In this document: positions 18,543 to 28,628 of the stretch, one piece after another
Numbering within the stretch: position 1 is the stretch's first letter
Layout of the letters: each line of letters starts with the position of its first letter
Source: Candidatus Bathyarchaeota archaeon
GTDB taxonomy: Archaea; Thermoproteota; Bathyarchaeia; Bathyarchaeales; Bathycorpusculaceae
Assembly (NCBI GenBank): GCA_963818655.1
Contig: CAWFTD010000019.1
Location: 109,332-173,331, forward strand
Length of the DNA: 64,000 bases
Reading direction: 5' to 3'
Program-made: the position numbers and the translations under genes
Notes under the pieces: generated by a model
Seen by the model: the letters and a program-made list of their open reading frames with translations, nothing else
Told to the model about the DNA's origin: nothing
Database searches by the model: none

Positions 18543-19627
18543 GCAAAATCCTTCCTTAATACATCAACAGTCTTTTCAGCTGCTGTACCATCCCCAAAAG
18601 GTGACACGGCTGGTAATTTTTCTTCACTTGCAAGTTCTTTATGAATGGCGGCTAAAATGTTGTCCTTGTCAGTTCCCACTATTTTTGCAAAACCCGCTTC
18701 GACTGCTTCCTGTCTCTCAGTAGATAGGCGAATTACCAGCACCCGTTTCCTTATGCCCGGCGCGGTTGCTTCCTCCTGAATGCCGCCTGAATCAGTGATG
18801 ATTAAACTGCTGTGCTTCATCAAAACCAGAAAATCCAAGTACCCCAGAGGCTCAAGAATCAGCAATTTCTTTAATTTTTCCATTTGCGAAAGCATGTGGT
18901 TTTCTTGCAGTCGTTTTCTTGTTCGCGGATGCATTGGGTAAACAATTGGCAGTGGCGATTTCGAGAAAACCTCCCTGAGCGACTCAAGAAACGACTTGTT
19001 ATCGACGTTTTCGGCTCGGTGTGCCGTTGCTAAAACGAAGGTTTTGAACGGAATTCTTTCCATTATCTTTGATTTCTTTTCTGCGAGTGGCAGATGCTGA
19101 ATAACGGCGTCGATGGCTGTGTTTCCTGTGAGGTAGATTTTACCCCAAACATTCTCTTTTATGAGGTTAGCTCTCGCTCTCTCCGTTGGCGAAAACAAGT
19201 AATTAGAAATATGGTCGGTTAAACGTCGATTGTGCTCTTCGGGCATACGCAGGTCAAAACTTCGAAGGCCAGCTTCCACGTGCCCAATGGAAAATGCCCG
19301 TTTATTTGCCGCTAGCGCCGCTGACAAAACTGTGTTGGTATCGCCTTCAACTAACAAAATAGATGGCTCAATCTTCTCCAGCAGTTGATCCATCTTCATC
19401 AGTATCTCCGCGGTCTGCGCTCCGGGTGAAGATGACTCGATTTCCAAAAAATAATCGGGCGCTGTCAATTCGAGGTTTTCGATAAACTGCTGGGCCATGT
19501 TATAGTCGTAGTGTTGACCACAGTGAACAAACACCAAGGGCAGTTTAGCTTTGTTTAGAGCTCGAATTACCGGAGCCATCTTTATTATTTCAGGCCTCGT
19601 TCCTACGACAACCACAACTGGCTTCAT
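18539..19627 (-). CDS. wecB: UDP-N-acetylglucosamine 2-epimerase (non-hydrolysing)
   Basis: GTRPEIIK, GQHYD, GHVEAGLRS, TDSGGIQEEA and PFGDG motifs. Confidence 0.96.
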   Translation of the reverse strand: MKPVVVVVGTRPEIIKMAPVIRALNKAKLPLVFVHCGQHYDYNMAQQFIENLELTAPDYFLEIESSSPGAQTAEILMKMDQLLEKIEPSILLVEGDTNTVLSAALAANKRAFSIGHVEAGLRSFDLRMPEEHNRRLTDHISNYLFSPTERARANLIKENVWGKIYLTGNTAIDAVIQHLPLAEKKSKIMERIPFKTFVLATAHRAENVDNKSFLESLREVFSKSPLPIVYPMHPRTRKRLQENHMLSQMEKLKKLLILEPLGYLDFLVLMKHSSLIITDSGGIQEEATAPGIRKRVLVIRLSTERQEAVEAGFAKIVGTDKDNILAAIHKELASEEKLPAVSPFGDGTAAEKTVDVLRKDFA

Positions 19628-19642
19628 AACTTCAATTTCCGC

Positions 19643-21676
19643 CTATGTCTTCTTTAGGCATCCTTCTCGTGGCTCATAAATAGTTCCTTCTCGAAGCAGT
19701 TGACCAAGCATCCTTTCTATTTCGCCCCTTGGAATCTTGTTCTTGGTTTCCAGCTCATTAACTAATGCATCTTTTTCCACAATTCCTGTTATTTTCTCCA
19801 TATCCATCAGCGTTGATAACACCACAGATAATTTATCGCGGATGCTCTTGGATCTGCCAGTCATAATTAAATCAATGTCAACTTTGTATGATGACAGGTC
19901 GATTCCGACTTCTTCTAGGGACCGTTTCATAATTGCTATAGCGGCATCTGCATCTGTAGCAGTAACTTCCTTGCGCAGGGCGACGCGTGCTCTAGCTTCG
20001 GCAATCCGAACAAGCGATTCTAGTTGACGCGCTGTTATTGCTACGGGTGAGCCTTCGGTTTCGCTTGCTGAACGCATGGCTAAGTAAAAATCGCTGAGAC
20101 GATTTAATGCATCCATACTGAGTTCCGGCTTTATGCTCTTGGCGAAACTAACATACTTCCGTAAGAGTTCTGCATCAACTGGGGCTTCGACTGGGCTTAT
20201 TCCTCTTCGGTGAATCTCCAAAATGTGCCGTGACATTTTGCTATCCGATTCTTTATTTGGTACATCTCTGAGAACGAAGATTAAATCAAAACGAGAAAGG
20301 ATAGTTACTGGCAGGGAAATGTTTTCTGCAACGGTTCGGTTGGGTTCATATCTGCCCAATGATGGGTTGGCGGCTGCAAGGACCGCGGTTCGAGCGTTTA
20401 ATGTGGCGACAATACCGCCTTTTGCGACTGAAACCGTATGCTGTTCCATAGCTTCGTGGATTGCAACGCGGTCTTCGGGACGCATTTTGTCCATTTCGTC
20501 GATGCAGGCTATTCCTTTGTCAGCGAGGACCAATGCGCCTGCTTCAAGACTCATGCTTCCGCCTTTCTCACGGACTACGGCGGCTGTTAAGCCTGCGGCG
20601 GTTGTTCCTCTGCCTGAAGTGTATAGCCCACGCGGAGCTATTCTTGCGACGTATTGGAGTAACTGTGATTTGGCGGTTCCTGGGTCACCAATTAGAAGCG
20701 CGTTCATTTCACCCCTTACGTTCACATCTGGCAGGCTTTTCGAAACTCCGCCAAAGAGCAGGTACATGATGGCTTCTTTGATGTGTTCTAAGCCGAAGAT
20801 TGAGGGTGCGATGGAGGTCATGACTTTGCGGTGTACCAACGGATCCTTGGATAACTCTACCATTTTAGCTTCTTCTTCAGGCGTTGGCGGCGAAGTTTCT
20901 GGTTCTTTGCCTAAAACCTCTATCGAGTTAGCGTCAAGTTGAAGAATGAATGTGCGCAGTTTTCCCATTCCCATCAGTGATGGTGCAAAAGCACGCACGG
21001 TTCCGACGATGGAAACGTGGTCTCCTGGTCTTGCTACATCGACTATTTCGTCTCCAACGAGTTTCACAGCTAATACGCGTGGTAGTTGTCCTGGTGGTAG
21101 ATCTTCAGGTTTTTCTTGTAACCTTAGGTCCTGTGAATCTATGAATGTTGATTCTTCTTGACTAAACTCAAATGGTCCATCTCGACCGCAATCTGGAGCA
21201 ACACAGATAGATGGTGCCTTCAGAAATTGTCCTGTTTGCTCAACTTGGTTCACGGTTCCGCAGCGTTTGCATTTGAAAGCTCCAAGCTGAACCATCGGTC
21301 TCACGGGCGTGGCTCGCACCACGATTCCTTCAATCATGACTAGCTTGCTCATTTGTCGTGAGCCAAGCTTTCGAAGAACTTCTTTGCCCAGAAGTTTTAT
21401 GATTCTAACAATGACTTTCTCTATTTTTTCAGCGTATTCTGCGTCTTCAATACGAAGTTGTTCATAAGCTCCTTTACCGGCATGTTGCAGGTACTCTTCA
21501 GGCTTATTGAGCAGTAGTTCTGCTAGTGCCTGATCAAAACCATAAAGCTCTTCAAAATCGATTGTTAATGAGCCTTTACCCGAGATGGCTAACTGGGCGA
21601 TTCGTTGGCGGTACTTTTCTTTCTTAAAGAAATCTTGAAAATGCTGCTGGGGATCTATGGTTTCAAGTTTAGCCAT
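19643..21676 (-). CDS. mcm: replicative helicase MCM
   Basis: Zn finger, GDPGTAKSQ Walker A, IDEMDK, LSRFD and ITARQLESL motifs; no intein. Confidence 0.98.
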   Translation of the reverse strand: MAKLETIDPQQHFQDFFKKEKYRQRIAQLAISGKGSLTIDFEELYGFDQALAELLLNKPEEYLQHAGKGAYEQLRIEDAEYAEKIEKVIVRIIKLLGKEVLRKLGSRQMSKLVMIEGIVVRATPVRPMVQLGAFKCKRCGTVNQVEQTGQFLKAPSICVAPDCGRDGPFEFSQEESTFIDSQDLRLQEKPEDLPPGQLPRVLAVKLVGDEIVDVARPGDHVSIVGTVRAFAPSLMGMGKLRTFILQLDANSIEVLGKEPETSPPTPEEEAKMVELSKDPLVHRKVMTSIAPSIFGLEHIKEAIMYLLFGGVSKSLPDVNVRGEMNALLIGDPGTAKSQLLQYVARIAPRGLYTSGRGTTAAGLTAAVVREKGGSMSLEAGALVLADKGIACIDEMDKMRPEDRVAIHEAMEQHTVSVAKGGIVATLNARTAVLAAANPSLGRYEPNRTVAENISLPVTILSRFDLIFVLRDVPNKESDSKMSRHILEIHRRGISPVEAPVDAELLRKYVSFAKSIKPELSMDALNRLSDFYLAMRSASETEGSPVAITARQLESLVRIAEARARVALRKEVTATDADAAIAIMKRSLEEVGIDLSSYKVDIDLIMTGRSKSIRDKLSVVLSTLMDMEKITGIVEKDALVNELETKNKIPRGEIERMLGQLLREGTIYEPREGCLKKT

Positions 21677-21677
21677 C

Positions 21678-22232
21678 TTACTTTTCTCCGGCATTTTCTA
21701 AGATTTTGGTTTTCCACTCAGAAATTATTTTGACAAGTTGTTCATAGACAAGTCTTTCTTCGCTTGTGAATTTCTTTAGCACCTGGTCGCTTTGGGCTGG
21801 AGCGGCTGATATCGCAACTATTTTTTTCAGTCGTGAGTTTACAATGTCGCGTGCCAATTGTTTTGCGCGGTCGTATTCTTGGTATTTTTCGGATTGTTTT
21901 TGGGCTTGGTCTTTTAGGTCAGCGATGAACCTGCGTAGTTTAGGGTAGAAATCACCCGCCAACTCGGATATTTGCCCTGGAATCTGCACGCCTTCCTTCC
22001 ATTGAACCTTGAAGAGTTTGGTAGCATCCAAGATGTCGTCTTCCCTAAAATGCACCATACCCGCGGCGGCGAGTTCCTTTGCAACCCAGAAATAGACTTC
22101 ATATTCGTTTCCTTCGTCGAAGGGACCGACAGTTAAGCCTGCAAGCTTAATTTCTGGGCAATTGCGGTTCGCTACGATTTTAACTAGCGAGTTTTCATAG
22201 CAAAAGTCCAAAGTGCATATTTTCGCTGCCAA
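21678..22232 (-). CDS. GINS complex subunit (Gins23/Psf2-like)
   Basis: VYFWVA..L B-domain, DFY, RLKKI and TSEE motifs; directly upstream of mcm. Confidence 0.85.
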   Translation of the reverse strand: MAAKICTLDFCYENSLVKIVANRNCPEIKLAGLTVGPFDEGNEYEVYFWVAKELAAAGMVHFREDDILDATKLFKVQWKEGVQIPGQISELAGDFYPKLRRFIADLKDQAQKQSEKYQEYDRAKQLARDIVNSRLKKIVAISAAPAQSDQVLKKFTSEERLVYEQLVKIISEWKTKILENAGEK

Positions 22233-22514
22233 TCCCTGTTCCCTCTCAACTCAGTTTGCTCTTTGCGGGATTCAACAGATACGCTTAGATTGCCTTTAAG
22301 CGTTTGCACTAGAAATTTAGAGTTGTAAAATGTTTAGAAATGCAGTTTACTGCGTTTTTTCGCCTTTGAGCGTTTGTTTTATTTTGTTAGTTGTTGTTGA
22401 AGGGTTCCTATAAAAACCATTTACAACAGGTTGCATTGCTTATTGCTTTTTGTTATCTGCGTCTGGTTTGGGTGCATTCTGTTTATAGTTATTGACCCAG
22501 CTGGTTGTACACAG

Positions 22515-23765
22515 TTATGGCCAAAGTCCTAGCACTTTGATTGCATTTGTTACTCGCCCTACGCCTAACATTAATGCTCCTGTGCGCATGTCACTCTCTT
22601 CCTTTGCCACAATCGCCTCAACATCGTTGAAGGCTTTAGTCATCTTCTCTTCAAGCTTCCGATTGACTTCTTCCAGTGACCACTGCTCGCGGGTTAGGTT
22701 TTGCACCCATTCAAAGTAGCTGACGGTTACGCCGCCGCTGTTGGCGAGGATGTCGGGGATTAGGCAGATTCCTTTTTCATAGAGTATCTTGTCAGCTTCT
22801 GGCGTTGTCGGTCCGTTTGCTGCTTCGGCAACCATCTTAGTTTTAATTTTGTCAGCGTTTTCGCGTGTGATTTGGTTTTCGAGCGCTGCGGGAATAAGCA
22901 CATCACATTTGAGCTCCAGGAGTTCTTGGTTGGATATGTTCTTGCATCCTTTGTATTTTTGGACGGAGCCTGTTTTTCCTTTATGGGCTAAAACATCTGG
23001 GGGGTTTAAGCCGTCAGGGCAAAGGATTCCGCCTGTGGAGTCGCTTACCGCTATGACTTTGCAGCCGATTTCCTGTGCAGTCACCGCAGCGTGGTAGCCG
23101 ACGTTTCCAAAGCCCTGAATGACTATTTGCGCGCCTTTGAGTTTTAAGCCGTTATTTTTTGAAGCCTGCTTTACACAGTGAATTACGCCTCTTCCTGTGG
23201 CTTCGGTTCTGCCCCATGAACCTCCAATCTCGACGGGTTTGCCCGTGGCGCTTTCTGGTATTCGGTAGCCTTTAAGTTGACTGTAAGTGTCCATTATCCA
23301 CGCCATTGTTTGCGAATCAGTGTACATGTCTGGCGCTGGAATATCCATGTGTGGACCGAGGTACTCGGAGATTAAGCTGACGTACCTTCGGGTTAACCGT
23401 TCCAGCTCGTGCTGGCTGAGTCTTTTGGTGTCAACGCAAATTCCTCCTTTGGCTCCCCCAAAGGGTATGTTGGCGATGGCACATTTCCAAGTCATAAGCA
23501 TCGCAAGAGCCGTGACTTCATCGAGCGTAATTTTTGGATAGTAGCGGATTCCACCCTTGAATGGACCTCGAGCATCCCAATGCTGAACACGCATACCATT
23601 GAAAACGTTAACAACCCCGTTATCCATACGAACATCGATGCTCACAGCGATTGAGCGTTTAGGTTGACTAAGCATCTTGTGCATTCCAGAATCAAGCCCC
23701 AACTTTTTCGATGCTAAATTAAGTTGAGAAAGTGCAACGCTTAATGGTGTGTGTTCTTCAGCCAT
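22515..23765 (-). CDS. gdhA: glutamate dehydrogenase
   Basis: RGPFKGGIR, GGAKGG, PAPD, GFGNVG, EAANGP and NSGGVTVSYFEW motifs. Confidence 0.96.
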   Translation of the reverse strand: MAEEHTPLSVALSQLNLASKKLGLDSGMHKMLSQPKRSIAVSIDVRMDNGVVNVFNGMRVQHWDARGPFKGGIRYYPKITLDEVTALAMLMTWKCAIANIPFGGAKGGICVDTKRLSQHELERLTRRYVSLISEYLGPHMDIPAPDMYTDSQTMAWIMDTYSQLKGYRIPESATGKPVEIGGSWGRTEATGRGVIHCVKQASKNNGLKLKGAQIVIQGFGNVGYHAAVTAQEIGCKVIAVSDSTGGILCPDGLNPPDVLAHKGKTGSVQKYKGCKNISNQELLELKCDVLIPAALENQITRENADKIKTKMVAEAANGPTTPEADKILYEKGICLIPDILANSGGVTVSYFEWVQNLTREQWSLEEVNRKLEEKMTKAFNDVEAIVAKEESDMRTGALMLGVGRVTNAIKVLGLWP

Positions 23766-23958
23766 AACTAAGCCTTCTGCTATATTTGTTAAACCGAAAT
23801 GGTTAGATAAGACTTACCTTTTGCATGTTTTTGGGGGTTTTGTTGATGCTTTTGTATACGGATATCTGAGTTTGTGGTGGGCTTTTCTCATAACAGAATT
23901 AGGTTGAGTAATTGAATTAAATACTCAAGATAGACGAAAGAACTTAGCGTTAAAGTGC

Positions 23959-24318
23959 TTAAGACACTAAAATTTTGCTATTTAAAGCTCTTTCAAGATA
24001 CTGCTCAAAATGTTTCTTATCCCTCAAACACTGAGAACAAACACAGCCAAACGGCAAGTTCTTAGTAGTGCACAACTCATAATATTTGCAATCACCACAA
24101 GCAAAATCCTTGCCGCAACGAGTGCAGCTTTGAAGAAAAACAACTTCAGTACCAAGAATGCCGCTGATTGTGTCCAAGAGTTTCTCGATGTTGTTGTAAC
24201 TTTTAATCGAAAAAACACCTTGCTCACGGTTATACTCACAGCCCAAATGTATCAAAAGAACGAACTTATCTTTTTCAACCCTTGGAAGCTTGAAGGCTTT
24301 CTTATTCAAAACCACCAT
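23959..24318 (-). CDS. hypothetical Cys-rich (metal-binding) protein
   Basis: CxxC-x5-CxxC-x4-C-x8-CxCxxC cluster; follows rfcL. Confidence 0.75.
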   Translation of the reverse strand: MVVLNKKAFKLPRVEKDKFVLLIHLGCEYNREQGVFSIKSYNNIEKLLDTISGILGTEVVFLQSCTRCGKDFACGDCKYYELCTTKNLPFGCVCSQCLRDKKHFEQYLERALNSKILVS

Positions 24319-24323
24319 GTTCC

Positions 24324-25567
24324 TCAGAACCTGTTCATTTTGATGAGGAAATCAACTTCTTCAGGAGTAAACTTGAACCAAGTCTATCAGGGGGCTGGCT
24401 TTTTGTTTCTGCAGATATCATTTTCACGAAGGGAACAAAATCATGTTTAGCTATGCTGTGTGAAACGTGGCATTGGGCACCGATTTTGCCGCATATACCG
24501 TCAAGCATAGTTCTTTTACCCTTGGTCCAAAACAATGTTATAATGCGAATCGGTGGCGAGATGAACTCGAAGGGCTTGTAGGATTGTGGGTTTACTGCGG
24601 CTGCCTGTGATAAGGAATTGAAGAAGTACTTGAGAAGATGCCAGTACTCGGTTCCAATCCTGCCCCTAAACATGTCTGCTTGGGAAACGAAGTTGTATGC
24701 GGCGGCAAGCTCGGCGGGGTCTCTGTAGCGTCTTGGTAGGTTGTCACTTATTGAGAGCAGAAAATCGTCGTAGTCAACGTTTGAATAACTCAGTAAAGAG
24801 GATACTTCGGCGATTGATTTGGCAGTAAAGAACCCTCTGAGGGTGTCGTCCATGCTTATGTCTTTGTTTCTTGAACTTAACATCACAGTGTCTTGAAGGG
24901 TTAGCATATGTTTTTCTTTGCTGAGGCTCTGCAGGTCGTTTATAGCTGAGCGCACGTCGCCCCGACTGTTCTGGGCAATTCTCTCAAGAGCCTCAAACTC
25001 TGAATTAACATGTTCAAGTAGGCAGATTTTCTGTAATAACGCAATTACTAGAGGAATTCTGATTTGCTGAAAACGCACAAGCAAGCAAACTTTTTTTAGA
25101 GGTCGCAGTTTTTCTACATCGGGGTCGTTGGCCGCCATTATTACTGGTGTGCGTGCTTCTTCAACTATCTTTATAATTGCACCTACGCCACCTCGGTCTT
25201 CGTTGCCTGCAATTCCGTCGACTTCGTCTAGGAAAAGAAGGTTCCCTTTGCCTTGGGTTTGACTTGTCGTAAAATTATCTAAGGCGACGTAGGATGTGGC
25301 TGGTTTAGCAACCGCGTTAATTGCTTTTTCTGAGCGTGTATCACTAGCGTTCATCTCGATAATTGTGAAGCCAAACTCTCTTGAGGCGGCGTTAACCAGC
25401 GCAGTTTTTCCCACGCCTGGGGGACCATAGAGCAAAACTGCCTTCTTGCTTCGGCGTTTAGTCTTGAGCCATTCAACAAAGGTAGCTTTTGCTTCTTCGT
25501 TGCCGATAATATCTTCTATCTTTTTTGGGCGGTACTTTTCAACCCATAGAAGGTCATTTCGCAGCAT
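24324..25567 (-). CDS. rfcL: replication factor C large subunit (C-terminal frameshifts)
   Basis: WVEKYRP, GPPGVGKT, EMNASD, DEVDG and GDVRSAINDLQ motifs. Confidence 0.94.
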
Positions 25568-26576
25568 AAGTTTCCTCTACATTCTTCCCAAACTTTCCAA
25601 ACTGCGCCAAAAGCGCGCTGAGTTGAATGTCGCTGTTTGCACCTTGCGTTAAACGGTAATCATAGTCGCCGATTATATTTGATATGTCAGCTTTTTGTTC
25701 TGGCGTTAAATCTGACATTTTAAAGATTTCACGTTGAATCTGGCGGATGATTTCTGAGCCTGAAAACCCAAACGACCCCATTATTTCATACATTGTTTTT
25801 CTAGCTTCAATAAAGTCGCCATAGAGCGCTTTCCTTATCATTTTTTGAACTTGGCTAGGACTGGCTTCGCCGATAACCAACGAAACGGTTTTTTCGTCTA
25901 CGCACCCTTCTTTGTAGGCTGAAGCAGTTTGCAATGCGTTTATGGCATGTCGTAGGTCACCTTCTGAGTAATCTACAATTCGGTCTGCTGCTTCAGGCTG
26001 CAGAGTAAAGTTTTCTTTTTTGGCGATCCATTGTAGGTGTTCTTTCATGGCTTGTTTATCTAGTCGTGAGAAGCGGAATATGGCGCAGCGGCTTTGGATT
26101 GGCTCGATGATTTTGCTGGATTGGTTACAGATTAGGATGAATCTGGATGTGCGGGAGCTGGTTTCCATTATGCGTCTGAGAGCTGTTTGGGCGGGACCTG
26201 TCATCTGATCGCATTCATCAAGAATAATAAGCGCAAACGGTATGTCGCCAAAACCCGAGCGGCTGTAGCGTGAGAAATCTTTGATTCGATCGCGTACAGT
26301 GTCGATGCCTCTCTCATCCGAGGCGTTGAGTTCAAGCGTGAAGTTTCTCCAGTTTACCCCATACAATTCGTGGGCTATGGCGAGGGCTATGGTTGTTTTC
26401 CCCGTACCCGGAATGCCTGCCAGCATCAAATGAGGCATAGTCTTTGGTTTTTTCATAAAGGCTTTTAGGCTCTCAATAATGTCTTTTAAGCCTACGACGT
26501 CGTCGAGGGTTTTGGGGCGGTACTTCTCGACCCACATAAGTGCTTCTTCATTAATGGCCATAAGTAAACCTTCCAA
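25554..26576 (-). CDS. rfcS: replication factor C small subunit
   Basis: WVEKYRP, GTGKT, LELNASDERGID, DECD and IQSRC motifs; no intein. Confidence 0.97.
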   Translation of the reverse strand: MEGLLMAINEEALMWVEKYRPKTLDDVVGLKDIIESLKAFMKKPKTMPHLMLAGIPGTGKTTIALAIAHELYGVNWRNFTLELNASDERGIDTVRDRIKDFSRYSRSGFGDIPFALIILDECDQMTGPAQTALRRIMETSSRTSRFILICNQSSKIIEPIQSRCAIFRFSRLDKQAMKEHLQWIAKKENFTLQPEAADRIVDYSEGDLRHAINALQTASAYKEGCVDEKTVSLVIGEASPSQVQKMIRKALYGDFIEARKTMYEIMGSFGFSGSEIIRQIQREIFKMSDLTPEQKADISNIIGDYDYRLTQGANSDIQLSALLAQFGKFGKNVEETYAAK

Positions 26577-26646
26577 ATGATTATAGAATAGTTGTTCTAA
26601 TTACTCTTTTATCTTTCCCCAACAATAAAAATGGAATCTGGCGAGA

Positions 26647-26982
26647 TTAACCGATTTTACTTCCTTCAACCATGTCCTTCTCAGGCTGCAAAACCACAAC
26701 GTTGCCTGCTTCATCTTCCGCAGCTAAAACCATACACTGAGATTCTATCCCTGCCAACACGCGCCTTTGAAGGTTCAGGAGGAAAACACATTTTTTGCCC
26801 ACCATCTCTTCGGGTTTATAGTACTTGAGTAAGCCAGCAACCGCCTGACGCTTTTCCGAGCCAAAATCAACCAGGATCTTTAGTAATTTCTTGGATTCAG
26901 GAACTTGGGTTGCTTCAATGATTTTTCCTATTCGTAGATCTAATTTTTGGAATTCAGCAAATGTTATTTCTTCAGCGGTCAT
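26647..26982 (-). CDS. OB-fold tRNA-binding protein (MetRS C-terminal/Trbp111/CsaA family)
   Basis: FQKLDLRIGKI, KKLL, NLQRR and ESQCMVLAA motifs. Confidence 0.9.
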   Translation of the reverse strand: MTAEEITFAEFQKLDLRIGKIIEATQVPESKKLLKILVDFGSEKRQAVAGLLKYYKPEEMVGKKCVFLLNLQRRVLAGIESQCMVLAAEDEAGNVVVLQPEKDMVEGSKIG

Positions 26983-27017
26983 ACAATTCACACTCAAGTA
27001 AGTTACGCTCCGTTTAG

Positions 27018-27619
27018 TTATTTACTTTGCTTTCGCTTTTTTGTGACTAAGTTGTGGGCTTGCAATAGCGGCTTGTTTCGAAGGATACCATGTGACCGAT
27101 ACTGACGCAAATTGTTTTGGTATATGGTTTTGTAATTATGACTTTCCCAATGACTTCATCCTTGTTAACCAGCAAAGTCCACCCATCCTTCTCAACTTGC
27201 ATGCCAATCAGCTTGCTCTTTGCAGCTCCAATAGTTCCCCAGTGTTAAATCAAGGTGACTGGCGAACCTACACCTAGAAGGGTGCGCCAACCCCTAAACA
27301 TCTATAAGGAAAACGTCGGGCTGAATCTTCAATTTCTGTATTACTGCATGGCAGGCGGGATTTCCCTAAACGACAATAGCGTTGGGACGTAGGGCATTTT
27401 TACTTCGCAAGTAGCAACGTGGGTTTCCAAAAGTTCCAAAGACTCGTAATCCAGAACGGTTACTGAGTCGACACCCATGATGCCAACATATGAAACATCC
27501 ACGCCGCCGATCGTTCTGAATTTCTGGCGGTAACCTGTCCTCTAAAATTAGTTTTCTTGATAAGCAAACTTGTGTTTTGTGGGCTTTTTTAACGAAAAAT
27601 TTATGGCAAGTTTAGGCAA
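27018..27619 (-). pseudogene. nfi: endonuclease V, decayed
   Basis: Multi-frame manual translation gives GGVDVSY, PYVPTLLSFREIPP, QPDVFLID, AHP, ASHL, TIGAAKSKLIG, VSIGHMVS and PLLQAH; several frameshifts plus an internal deletion. Confidence 0.85.
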
Positions 27620-27622
27620 TTT

Positions 27623-28285
27623 TTAGGGTTTGACTTTTCGAGGCTTACGTTTGGCTGTACTTTTTACCGGGTGGAACTGTTTTAGCTGGTCCTCTAATGA
27701 TTTTCTGCGGACTTCGAGTGTGATGTCGCCACGTGTGGATTCGATTATTCTTCTGGCTATGTCTGATTTGTGCCTGAGTCCTGGAACAAGCATGTATGCC
27801 TCGTCGAGTGTTAATAGCTGAATGAAGATGTCATCCATGATTTCGAGGCATCTTTCGCCTTTCTTAACTTCACCTTCACGCAAATTGTCCAGTGCCAAAC
27901 GCCTGTATTCTCCTATAACATCGGCTAAACCCAACACATAATCGACTGATGGAACGTTAATCTCGACCGGAGTCACGAAACGATCTTCTTTAACTAGAAC
28001 TGAGAAAATGTTTGCTTCCGAGTACTCTTGAAATGCCGCGCTGAGCATGCCGCCATAAATAATCTCTGGGTATTGTTTAGCTTGTTCTTGGAGAATTGCG
28101 ATTTTTTCTTTTGCGCTCGCAACCATTTCTGTTGCGTCAGCGAACCTTTTTTGGTGAATAAGAAGTATCGCCTGTTTGGAGAGGCTTGTGGCTTTGCGCA
28201 TGCTCTCATGTGTATCCTCGCGGATCTGGTTTTTCTGCATAAGCTCATTTTTTACGGTTTGAATAACTGTTTCTAGAGAGGACAA
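27623..28285 (-). CDS. translin/TRAX (C3PO) family protein
   Basis: SKQAILLIH, AFQEYSEA, YVLGLADVIGE.RR and LRHKSDIAR motifs. Confidence 0.9.
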   Translation of the reverse strand: MSSLETVIQTVKNELMQKNQIREDTHESMRKATSLSKQAILLIHQKRFADATEMVASAKEKIAILQEQAKQYPEIIYGGMLSAAFQEYSEANIFSVLVKEDRFVTPVEINVPSVDYVLGLADVIGEYRRLALDNLREGEVKKGERCLEIMDDIFIQLLTLDEAYMLVPGLRHKSDIARRIIESTRGDITLEVRRKSLEDQLKQFHPVKSTAKRKPRKVKP

Positions 28286-28345
28286 AACTGCACCCGCTAG
28301 GAGTGATTGTTCTGGTTGTTTATTTCAATTTCTTTAAAATGAAAC

Positions 28346-28537
28346 TTAGGGTTGTGGTGTGTCTTCCCATTTCTCAACTATCAACTTATTGTCACCCAAA
28401 GCGAAACTTACCTTAACAAAAATTGTGTCTCCACCCTTAAACGGGAACATGCTGTCCTCTGCTAAGTCTTTGGGCAAGTAGACGAGGTATTTGCCATCTT
28501 TTCGCCGAAATAGTCGTCCTTTTCCTTCGTTTACCAT
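28346..28537 (-). CDS. small AbrB/SpoVT-like hypothetical protein
   Basis: 63 aa; KYLVYLPKDLAE..PFKGGD.IFV..KLIVEK swapped-hairpin pattern. Confidence 0.65.
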   Translation of the reverse strand: MVNEGKGRLFRRKDGKYLVYLPKDLAEDSMFPFKGGDTIFVKVSFALGDNKLIVEKWEDTPQP

Positions 28538-28628
28538 AGCATGCAACCGCTTGATTGAACAGTTAAAGCATAAGTGGAAAAATTGAATATTTAAGTTTAT
28601 CCAACCCCAAAACTGACTCAAAAACGAC

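Noticed and set aside
20223-20942. Long antisense ORFs (239 aa opposite mcm; also 1372-1938, 55266-55763 and 37545-38012)
   Set aside because: Shadow frames of conserved genes, with no recognisable motifs
22233-22514. AT-rich region upstream of gins-mcm considered as a replication origin
   Set aside because: No recognisable ORB repeats and no adjacent orc1/cdc6 gene
19643-26576. Inteins in MCM or RFC
   Set aside because: Protein lengths are standard and the Walker A regions are uninterrupted
26998-27622. 600-bp ORF-poor gap considered as RNase P or SRP RNA
   Set aside because: No conserved RNase P or SRP motifs; it translates as a decayed endonuclease V gene
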